A stretch of DNA of 64,000 bases from Gemmatimonadaceae bacterium. GTDB lineage: Bacteria > Gemmatimonadota > Gemmatimonadetes > Gemmatimonadales > Gemmatimonadaceae. This document shows positions 49,431 to 57,033 of this stretch, in pieces. Both the position numbers and the translations under genes were made by a program. The stretch lies in contig JBHYGA010000008.1 of NCBI GenBank assembly GCA_051859245.1, forward strand, positions 1 to 64,000, given 5' to 3'. Each line of letters begins with the position of its first letter. Within the stretch, counting starts at the first letter, position 1. The notes beneath the pieces are model-generated. The model saw nothing but the letters and a program-made list of their open reading frames with translations, searched no databases and was not told the origin of the DNA.

Positions 49431-51086
49431 ATGTCGTCACGTTTGTTCACGCGTTCGGGCATCGCCCTCGCGTTTGTGATTGCGGCTATGCCGCTCGACG
49501 CGCAGGGCCCGGGTGGTCGCGGTCCGGCTCGCCCGATTGTCAAAGCGCCTGGTGCCACGCCCCCCGCGATCGATAGCGCACCGGAATACGTGCGTCGCTC
49601 GCCCGCTACTGATGCGGGCATCAATCGCATTTATGAAGAGGGCATGCAGCGCTCGCAGGTGGCGAAAATTGCGCAGGTGTTGCTCGACTCGATTGGTCCG
49701 CGACTCACGGGTTCGCCCAACATGAATCGTGCGCAAGATTGGGCCGTGTCGTTGCTTAAGAGCTGGGGCGTGGACGCAAAGAAGGAACAGTACGGCACAT
49801 GGAACGCGTGGAAGCGTGGCTCTGCGTATGCATCGCTCACCGCGCCGCGTGTGAAGACACTCGACGCAACGATGTTGTCGTGGAGTGGCAATACCGGCGG
49901 ACAGTTTGTTGAAGGCGGCGTGGTAATTCTTGAGCCGTATCAGACGCTCGAAGAGTTCCGTGCGTGGCTGCCGAAGGTGAAGGGCAAGATCGTTCTAACT
50001 GGCGGACCACGATTGTCGTGTCGATCGGCCGAGCAGATTGGTTTGTTCGGAATGCCGAGCACGATTGAAGCGCTGAACCTTGAGCAGAATCAGCTCACGG
50101 CCACGTATCGCGGACTCAATCAGCGCGTGCCCACGTTCTATCAGGATGTGAAAGACGCCGGTGCACTGGCCGTCTTTGAATCGAGCTGGTCGGCGTACTC
50201 GGGCGTACAGAAGATCTTCGGATCGCCGCGCAACAACCCGCTGCCCACGCTCGACATTGGCTGCGAAGATTACGGCATGCTGTTCCGACTGGCGCAGAAC
50301 AACCAGGGTCCAGTTGTGAAGTTGATGGCCGAATCGGAGTCACTCGGCGAACAGCCGGTGTTCAATGTGGTTGGCACGATCAAAGGCTCGGAGAAGCCGA
50401 ACGAATACGTGATGCTCTCTGCGCACTATGATTCGTGGGAAGGACACTCGGGCGCCACCGACAATGGCACGGGCTCCGTGACCATGCTCGAGGCGCTGCG
50501 TATTCTGAAGACGGTATATCCGCAGCCGAAGCGCACGATCATCATTGGGCTTTGGAGCGGTGAAGAGCAGGGCCTCAACGGATCTGGCGCGTATTCGGCC
50601 GATCATCCGGAAGTGATTGAAGGGCTGCAGTTCCTCTTCAATCAGGACAACGGCACAGGCCGCGTGGTCAGCATGGGCCCGGGCATTCTGCCCAAGAACG
50701 GCGCGCGTTTGGCGCAGTACATGTCGGCGATGCCCTCAGACATCACGCAGTGGATTCGCCTGTCAGGCCCTGGCGGCATTGGTGGTGGCACCGACCACGT
50801 GTCGTTCGCCTGTCGCGGCGCGCCGGCGCTGACGCTCAACGCACTGTCTTGGGATTACAGCAACAGCACGTGGCACACGCAGCGCGACTCGTACGACAAG
50901 CTGATCATCGACGACGTGAAGAACAACGCGACCCTCACGGCGATGCTGGCGTACATGGCGAGCGAAGATCCGGAGCGTAGCTCGCGTGAGCTGATCAGTC
51001 CGCTGCCAACGGGGCCGAACGGTCAGCCGATCACGATTCCGAACTGTGGTACGCCGACGCGCAGTTCGCAGGGGAACCGAAGATAG
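49431..51086 (+). CDS. Secreted M28-family peptidase (carboxypeptidase Q-like)
   Basis: IGPRLTGS, SAHYDSW, GATDNGTG, GEEQGL, TDH and HT..D; signal peptide; AGGAG RBS. Confidence 0.9.
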   Translation: MSSRLFTRSGIALAFVIAAMPLDAQGPGGRGPARPIVKAPGATPPAIDSAPEYVRRSPATDAGINRIYEEGMQRSQVAKIAQVLLDSIGPRLTGSPNMNRAQDWAVSLLKSWGVDAKKEQYGTWNAWKRGSAYASLTAPRVKTLDATMLSWSGNTGGQFVEGGVVILEPYQTLEEFRAWLPKVKGKIVLTGGPRLSCRSAEQIGLFGMPSTIEALNLEQNQLTATYRGLNQRVPTFYQDVKDAGALAVFESSWSAYSGVQKIFGSPRNNPLPTLDIGCEDYGMLFRLAQNNQGPVVKLMAESESLGEQPVFNVVGTIKGSEKPNEYVMLSAHYDSWEGHSGATDNGTGSVTMLEALRILKTVYPQPKRTIIIGLWSGEEQGLNGSGAYSADHPEVIEGLQFLFNQDNGTGRVVSMGPGILPKNGARLAQYMSAMPSDITQWIRLSGPGGIGGGTDHVSFACRGAPALTLNALSWDYSNSTWHTQRDSYDKLIIDDVKNNATLTAMLAYMASEDPERSSRELISPLPTGPNGQPITIPNCGTPTRSSQGNRR

Positions 51087-51101
51087 TAACTGGAGCAGGC
51101 A

Positions 51102-51190
51102 TAACTGCCGGGGCCCGTCGGCGCGCTGCGCCGACGGGCCAAGGGCACGAAGAACACAAAAGGACACGAAAACTGCAACGGCAACAGATT
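51102..51190 (+). repeat. REP-like element, left arm (perfect 13-bp stem at 51112-51140)
   Basis: taactgccggggcccgtcggcgc-gct-gcgccgacgggccaagggcacgaa...aaggacacgaaaactgc; matches 11089-11168. Confidence 0.75.
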
Positions 51191-51246
51191 CTGAGGGGAA
51201 CTGCAACGGGCCACTGCTTCCTAATCGAATTTGCGATGCGTTCTTA

Positions 51247-52401
51247 TCAGCTTGGGCGCTTAGGTGCTCTCTCCAAACGGTAACGCTCGACCGAGAGCAG
51301 GTCATCCGCATTCCGACGAACTCCAAGCACGTAGTCGCGTCCGATTTCCATCACTTGCAAGCCGTTAGGTAGCACGACCGTCGCGATAACGGCACCTGAG
51401 GCGTTCAGCACTAGACACTCACGTGGTTGCGCTGTAGGCACTTCCTCGAACAACTCGACCCACAGACCATCGTTGTAGTCGGCGTATAAGCTGCTGTAGT
51501 AGGGTCGTGTCTTGGGACGCCACTTACTGTCCAGCTCCGCAAGAGCCAGCTCGCGATCTGCCCCAGGAGAGACCTCGCGAACCAGCCTTGCTCGTTCTGC
51601 TGCGATCCGCGACTCCCTCCAAGCCGTCTCTTTGATGGCCAACGTCGTGGATCCGGTGCTTCCGGTGCGAGTATCGAGCCACGACAGCTTTCTCTCGCCT
51701 GAGTCTCCGAACCACAGTTTCTCATAGGCACCAACAACGTGGAGATGGTGACCCAGCCGTTGTTTAGAGCCTAGCATGCCAGCTGCTGCGTTCGACGTCG
51801 CGACTGTAAGTGAGGTCGACGCCAAGCGCGGACCAAGCGACGCCGTGACCCGCGTCCGAGTGGGGTCCAGAAGCACGTACTCCACCGAATCTCGACGAAC
51901 TCCGGTTACCACCTTCGCTTCAACCGTCCAGCTACTCGTGCGCATTCCCCAGAACCGACCATTCCCTAGAACGCCGCCGATAGTGACTTTAGCGCCGTCG
52001 AGCACGGTCTCTCGGCGCTTCTCACGAACTGAGTCACTGTCGAACCAGACTGCTCGACGTCGGTCGTAAACGACGATTGCGTCGTTCAAGCGTCGCAGGA
52101 ATGCGATGGAACCGACTTCGTTTGGCCCCTCGCCGCGTCGTGTCGCGATCTGCAGAGGCTGACCGTTCGCGTCGAAGATGCGCAGTTCTCCTGATTGTCT
52201 CTCTGCGACTAGAAGGCGTCCGCGATTGAGTTCGCTAACCGCAACAATGGCGCCGAAATTTTTCGCAGGCGATCCATCATCCTCTATTCGAAGAGTCGGT
52301 GCAGACGAAACTTCGTAGCGTTGTATCGACTGTGCGGCGAGCGGGCGCAAGCCCATCCAAGCAAACAGTAGAAGTAAATTCGCACTTAAAGGTCCGGTCA
52401 C
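51247..52401 (-). CDS. Secreted 6-bladed beta-propeller-like protein
   Basis: GTG start with GGAG RBS, signal-like LLLLFAWMGLRPLAAQ, repeated blades with GRRGEGPNE-like motif (TRRGEGPNEV), PYYSSLYAD...GLWV, VLNASG and EIGRDYVLGV. Confidence 0.75.
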   Translation of the reverse strand: MTGPLSANLLLLFAWMGLRPLAAQSIQRYEVSSAPTLRIEDDGSPAKNFGAIVAVSELNRGRLLVAERQSGELRIFDANGQPLQIATRRGEGPNEVGSIAFLRRLNDAIVVYDRRRAVWFDSDSVREKRRETVLDGAKVTIGGVLGNGRFWGMRTSSWTVEAKVVTGVRRDSVEYVLLDPTRTRVTASLGPRLASTSLTVATSNAAAGMLGSKQRLGHHLHVVGAYEKLWFGDSGERKLSWLDTRTGSTGSTTLAIKETAWRESRIAAERARLVREVSPGADRELALAELDSKWRPKTRPYYSSLYADYNDGLWVELFEEVPTAQPRECLVLNASGAVIATVVLPNGLQVMEIGRDYVLGVRRNADDLLSVERYRLERAPKRPS

Positions 52402-52429
52402 GATGACTCCAAGACGAAGAAGAATGAGC

Positions 52430-52474
52430 AAAAAAGAAAATGCTTGACAAAGATGCAGGGGGGGGGAGTATCGT
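52430..52474 (+). promoter_or_regulatory. Putative sigma70 promoter with a poly-G (G9) spacer for the peptide gene
   Basis: A-tract 52430-52440, TTGACA 52444-52449, 19-nt spacer containing G9 (52458-52466), TATCGT 52469-52474. Confidence 0.55.
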
Positions 52475-52561
52475 CGGCAACTCATCTCACCCTGAGATGT
52501 AGTCGAAGCGTTCACTCAGGGGCGCTCCGAAGCTGATCCTCTAGACTGTCAGGAGTAGTCG

Positions 52562-52786
52562 ATGACGTTGAGACACTTTGGTTTTGCATTGTCGATGGCG
52601 GTCCTCAGTTTCGCATACACCGAAACCGCTCAAGCAGCGGACGAGGGTCCATGCCCTCGCATTACTTACGACTCGACAAACGGCTCGTGCAGCAACACCG
52701 GCGGAACGACGTGCAAGACCTGCAAGTACAACTGCAGCATCACCGGTGATGACGTCGAGATCGATCGCTGCCCGGCAGTCGAGTAA
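52562..52786 (+). CDS. Small secreted cysteine-rich peptide (74 aa, 6 Cys)
   Basis: AGGAG RBS 6 nt before the ATG; Sec signal ending AQA|A; mature ADEGPCPRITYDSTNGSCSNTGGTTCKTCKYNCSITGDDVEIDRCPAVE. Confidence 0.75.
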   Translation: MTLRHFGFALSMAVLSFAYTETAQAADEGPCPRITYDSTNGSCSNTGGTTCKTCKYNCSITGDDVEIDRCPAVE

Positions 52787-52866
52787 GGCCATAGCGATAA
52801 AGCATTTCTCAAGCACACTCTGAAGCCTGCGTCCACGAACACTTTAGCTCAGGAACTACATCACGC

Positions 52867-53523
52867 GTGCGCAACAAGGAAAAACGTTCACGTTTCGATC
52901 GCATCCTGAGTGTTGCAACGGTCTTGGCATTTGCGACCGCGATCGGATTGTTCATTCGTCCGAGTGCTCCGCTTGGACGCAGGCTGATGAGCTATGTAGA
53001 GATACTGGAAGTTCAGTGGAAGGCACCAAAACGTTGGGCCGAGCTTTCTCTTGCTGCGCTGCCCCTGCAGGAAGGAGCAGCCAACTATCAAGTGATTATG
53101 ATCGCTGACTTTCAATGTGCGTTTTGCGCTGAGAGTGCACCGATCGTAGACTCCGCAATAGCACTTGGAATGAGCGTCGGATACCTGCACATGCCAGCTC
53201 CATCGCGCGCTTTAGCAGTCAGGGCTGCTGAGCTCAGTGTTTGCGCAGCCGCAGGTGGCGAGTTCAAACGGGCGTTTGACCACTATTTCTACACACTCAA
53301 TTGGGCGAACGCGGATTCCGTGGAGCTCATTCTGCCTAATGTCGAAGACCCGCGCTTCCAATCGTGTGCGCAATCAGATAGCGCGAAGCTTGAAGTGGAA
53401 CGATCGATTCGAGTTGCCTCGGAGCTTGGCGTTCGAGGTACTCCGGTCTTCGTCTCAAGAACCGGATTGATTCGCGGAATCCCAAGTCTGAAAGAGCTTC
53501 AGGCAATCGCCGGGGCGCAGTAA
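52867..53523 (+). CDS. Membrane-anchored DsbA/BdbD-like thiol-disulfide oxidoreductase
   Basis: N-terminal TM helix, ADFQCAFC active site, AA..S.CA, second Cys (FQSCAQ) and GVRGTPVF cis-Pro loop. Confidence 0.85.
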   Translation: MRNKEKRSRFDRILSVATVLAFATAIGLFIRPSAPLGRRLMSYVEILEVQWKAPKRWAELSLAALPLQEGAANYQVIMIADFQCAFCAESAPIVDSAIALGMSVGYLHMPAPSRALAVRAAELSVCAAAGGEFKRAFDHYFYTLNWANADSVELILPNVEDPRFQSCAQSDSAKLEVERSIRVASELGVRGTPVFVSRTGLIRGIPSLKELQAIAGAQ

Positions 53524-53689
53524 TGTCAGCTTAGCTACGAAGGTGCGAATGGAGATAGTCACCATTCGGGAGCGACGGCAAACATCTTCGCTGAATGCTG
53601 GGCCTCTTGGACAAGGTGTAAGTCAATCCAAGAGACCAGACTCATTCAGATGAAAACTGAACGGTTCGCGACTTGCTTCCAAGCCGCGA

Positions 53690-53778
53690 GCTGCTTTCGG
53701 GTTTTTGTAGTTCGCAGTTTTCGCGCCTTCGCGTTCCCTGCGGCCCGCCCTGCAGGAACGTTGACCGGAGGGCAGTGA
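53690..53778 (-). repeat. Diverged REP-like arm in opposite orientation, just after the ruvA stop
   Basis: Minus strand tcactgccc...gcgggccgcagggaacgcgaaggcgcgaaaactgc shares actgcc, cgggcc and aagg..cgaaaactgc with the 11089 and 51102 arms. Confidence 0.45.
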
Positions 53779-54375
53779 CTACCGGCCCAGCACCACCAGC
53801 GCCGCGCGCACTGTACTCGCGACATCACCCTGCGCGCCAACTTGCCGCACCGCCGCAAGCGCCTCGGCTTCGCCATAACCGAGTGCAATAAGCGCACGCA
53901 CCGATTCGTTATTCGGCGCAGCACCGCCCGCCCGCGCGCGCGACACATCACCGCCACCGGCCACGAGCAAGTCGTCTACCTTCTCGGAAAGATCCAGCAC
54001 AATCTGCTCGGCTTTACGCTTACCCACGCGCGGTACGCGCATGAGTGTGGTGATGTCCTTGGCGCGCAGCACTTCGACTACTCGCTCGGCGCCAATGGTT
54101 GAGAGAATGCCCAGCGCCAGCGACGGACCTACGCCCTTGGCCGTGAGCACACGACGGAATACATCGCGTTCCAGTCGCGAGACAAAGCCGTATAGATCCC
54201 ACGCATCTTCACGCACCGCGAGATGTGTATGCAACGTGAGTTCCGCGCCGTCAGCCGGGAGCTTCTCGAAAACGGAGAGCGGAATATGCACTTCGTACCC
54301 CGTGCCACCGCTCGTTTCGATTTCGATGAGCGCAACAGAGCGATACACCAGACGACCAGTCAGCAGCGCAATCAT
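53779..54375 (-). CDS. ruvA: Holliday junction DNA-binding protein RuvA
   Basis: MIALLTG, GTGYEV, VREDAWDLYGF, GVGPSLAL, VPRVGKRKA and ALIALGY. Confidence 0.95.
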   Translation of the reverse strand: MIALLTGRLVYRSVALIEIETSGGTGYEVHIPLSVFEKLPADGAELTLHTHLAVREDAWDLYGFVSRLERDVFRRVLTAKGVGPSLALGILSTIGAERVVEVLRAKDITTLMRVPRVGKRKAEQIVLDLSEKVDDLLVAGGGDVSRARAGGAAPNNESVRALIALGYGEAEALAAVRQVGAQGDVASTVRAALVVLGR

Positions 54376-54902
54376 GGGCGGCGCGTGGGCAACTTGAGTG
54401 AAGACAACGAGGGGAGCCGCGGCGCGAGCAGCGCACACAGCGCCGCAGCGACACCGTCGGCCGCGTCGGCGGGCTGCGGCGGAGACTTCAGGCGAAGCAA
54501 CTGCGCCACCATGTACTGCATTTGTTCTTTCGTTGCGGCGCCACGTCCGACAATGGCCTTTTTGATCACCGCGGGCGGGTACTCCTCGATCGTGACACCA
54601 GCCAGTTCACCGGCCAGCAGAATCACACCGCGCGCGTGGCCCAATACAACAGTAGTGCGCACATTCTTGGCGTAGAACACGTCTTCAACAGCCATTGTTG
54701 ACGGTGCGTGACGCGCGATCAGTTCCGTCACACCTTCATGAATGTCGCGCAGCCTCGCCGCCAACGGCTGCTCGGCGCGCGTCCGAATCACACCACATTC
54801 AATGAGCTCCGGTGCACCGCGAACACCGCGTCGCACCACACCGTACCCGGTGACCGCCGTGCCCGGATCAATGCCGAGAACGACGCCACCGGTGAGCGTC
54901 AC
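54372..54902 (-). CDS. ruvC: Holliday junction resolvase RuvC
   Basis: LGIDPG...TGYG, AVEDVF, LGHARGV, G.G.A.KEQ and DAADG.A. Confidence 0.95.
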   Translation of the reverse strand: MTLTGGVVLGIDPGTAVTGYGVVRRGVRGAPELIECGVIRTRAEQPLAARLRDIHEGVTELIARHAPSTMAVEDVFYAKNVRTTVVLGHARGVILLAGELAGVTIEEYPPAVIKKAIVGRGAATKEQMQYMVAQLLRLKSPPQPADAADGVAAALCALLAPRLPSLSSLKLPTRRP

Positions 54903-55630
54903 GCGTCGTCGTCCATTTCGAAGTTCGCGTCAATGTTCTGCACGTCGTCGAGATCATCGAGTGCGTCGAGCAACTTGAGCAGCGCGGTCGCATTTTCGCC
55001 TTCCACTTTTACCGTGGACTTAGGCACCCAGGCCAGCGCCGCTTCACGCACCGGATAACCCGCCTTCTCGAGTGCTTCACGTACCGCGTGCAAATCCGAG
55101 GGCGCAGTGGTGATGGTAAAATCTTCGCCGTCGAGCGCTACATCTTCAGCGCCCGCTTCAAGCGAGGCCATCATCACCGTGTCTTCGTCGCGCCCTTCGG
55201 CAGCGAGTGACATGCGTCCCTTGCGATCAAACAGATACGACACGGAGTTCGACGCACCAAGATTTCCACCGTTGCGCGACAACTTGTGCCGCACGTCGGC
55301 CACGGTGCGCGTGGGATTGTCGGTGAGTGCCTGAATCATCAGCGCCACACCGCCCGGCGCGTACGCCTCGTACAGCACTTCGATGTAGTCCACACCTTCG
55401 AGTTCGCCGGTGCCCTTCTTGATGCCGCGCTCAATGTTTTCCTTGGGGCACGACACTTTGCGCGCGTTGTCAATTGCGGTGCGCAAACGCGGATTGCCCT
55501 CGGGGTCACCGCCGCCGGCCTTGGCGGCTACGGTGATTTCACGAATGAGCTTTGTGAACAAGGCACCGCGCTTGGCGTCAACCGCCGCCTTGTAGTGCTT
55601 GGTGGTTTTCCATTTACTGTGACCAGCCAT
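54899..55630 (-). CDS. yebC: YebC/PmpR-family protein
   Basis: MAGHSKW, GDPEGNPRLR, YE.Y.PGG, TDN..RT and DDVQ. Confidence 0.95.
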   Translation of the reverse strand: MAGHSKWKTTKHYKAAVDAKRGALFTKLIREITVAAKAGGGDPEGNPRLRTAIDNARKVSCPKENIERGIKKGTGELEGVDYIEVLYEAYAPGGVALMIQALTDNPTRTVADVRHKLSRNGGNLGASNSVSYLFDRKGRMSLAAEGRDEDTVMMASLEAGAEDVALDGEDFTITTAPSDLHAVREALEKAGYPVREAALAWVPKSTVKVEGENATALLKLLDALDDLDDVQNIDANFEMDDDA

Positions 55631-55723
55631 ATTCACTCCGGGAGCGTCTCAAAGGCGAAGGCGCCGCAGAAGCGGGGCCAACCTGATTCAACCTCAAAAT
55701 ATAATCAGCGCTGAGGGCTGGCC

Positions 55724-56533
55724 CTACGCCTCGATCACGTCTTCGAACCGCAGGCAGGGGGCGTCAAAATAGAGGTCCACATAGGCCCGATCACCCGTGC
55801 GGTGCTTGAGCAGATGCAATTCGGCCGCCCCGACCAGCGCCGAGTCTGATTGGTAGAGCTCTTCCCGAAACAGGCCGAGCACGAGGTCCGCGTGCGCACT
55901 CACCGCACCGCGCACGCCAAAATCGGCGAGCACCGGGCGCAGGTCGCGGCGCGTGCGATCAAGGTTCGGCAGGTGCGCGGTGAGCAGCACCACCATGTCA
56001 CGTGACACCGCGAGGCGCTTGCAGGCGAGTACCGCGTACGCGAGCGCGTCGTCGCGCGACGATGGATCCGTGAGCAGCGCTTCAAGTCCGTCAATCACGA
56101 GCAGTCGCGTGCCGCGCGCGGCGTCAACGGCGCGGGTGACGCCGGCCACACCGTCAAGCTCCATGGACATGATCACTGGTGCACGCTCGCGCAAATGCGA
56201 TGCGGCCGCCGAGAGCGCGGTGCGCGCCGCATCATCGAGTGAACCGCGCCGCAAGGTTTCCAGCGGAACGCGCGAAACCGACGTGAGTGCGCGTTCAAAC
56301 GTGCGCGCCGCCGAGTATTCAGACGAGAGTACAAGCGAAGGCGTACCCATGGCGCTGGCGCGCAGTGCAAACGCGAGGGCCAGCGATGATGTACCGCTGC
56401 CTGCGTCGCCACCAAGCACGATCAGATCACCGGCGCGAAAACCGCCGTGCACCAGTGGTGCCAGGCTTGGAAATCCGCACGGCACGAGCCACGGATCAGC
56501 TGACGCGGTGCGAACGGGTGGTCGCGCGGTCAT
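55724..56533 (-). CDS. DnaB-like helicase C-terminal (RecA-fold) domain protein with degenerate Walker A
   Basis: GFPSL...GGFRAGDLIVLGGDAGSGTS, RPVLADF...ADLVLGLFRE...AELHLLKHRTG; no DnaB N-terminal domain. Confidence 0.75.
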   Translation of the reverse strand: MTARPPVRTASADPWLVPCGFPSLAPLVHGGFRAGDLIVLGGDAGSGTSSLALAFALRASAMGTPSLVLSSEYSAARTFERALTSVSRVPLETLRRGSLDDAARTALSAAASHLRERAPVIMSMELDGVAGVTRAVDAARGTRLLVIDGLEALLTDPSSRDDALAYAVLACKRLAVSRDMVVLLTAHLPNLDRTRRDLRPVLADFGVRGAVSAHADLVLGLFREELYQSDSALVGAAELHLLKHRTGDRAYVDLYFDAPCLRFEDVIEA

Positions 56534-56579
56534 GCGTCGTGCCCTCGCGAAGCAGCACCGCCAAATCTGGCCAGCACGC

Positions 56580-56972
56580 TCATGACGCCGTGGCGAGTCG
56601 GCGCACCAACCGCTCGATTTCGAGCGACGCGGCGCCGTCGAGATATCCGCCCGCCGCCGCACCAACCGCACGTAAGGCGCCGGCAGTTGGCATCGCGCCA
56701 GCCGTGGTTGCATCGATCACGCGGGCCAACGGCACACGCAGCGCGGCCGGGAGCGCAAGCGACGCCAGCCAGATGCGGGCCGCCGCCGAACGAGCCTGTC
56801 GATCTTCGAGCGGCAATCGGTCGGGCGGCAGCAAGCCACTCGCCAGCCGCGCGACCGCGAGCAGGGCCAGCACCACTTCGCGCCCGCCGCCAAGCGGCAG
56901 CCGGCCGGCCAGTCCGGCCATGGCGGGAAACGGGAACCCGATGGGAGCGAGTGAGTAGGGAGGTTGAAGCAT
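56580..56972 (-). CDS. Hypothetical helical protein
   Basis: MLQPPYSLAPIGFPFPAMAGLAGRLPLGGGREV...; fills the gap upstream of the DnaB-like gene. Confidence 0.55.
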   Translation of the reverse strand: MLQPPYSLAPIGFPFPAMAGLAGRLPLGGGREVVLALLAVARLASGLLPPDRLPLEDRQARSAAARIWLASLALPAALRVPLARVIDATTAGAMPTAGALRAVGAAAGGYLDGAASLEIERLVRRLATAS

Positions 56973-57033
56973 AGACACGAGCGAATCTACATCGCCTCTC
57001 ATCCGCCCGCGAAACCGGATAGCTTTCACGCAT

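Noticed and set aside
52402..52515. N-terminal extension of the beta-propeller ORF through the poly-C tract (coding phase variation)
   Set aside because: A better start exists at GTG 52401 with a GGAG RBS and an immediate signal peptide, so the tract is probably non-coding.
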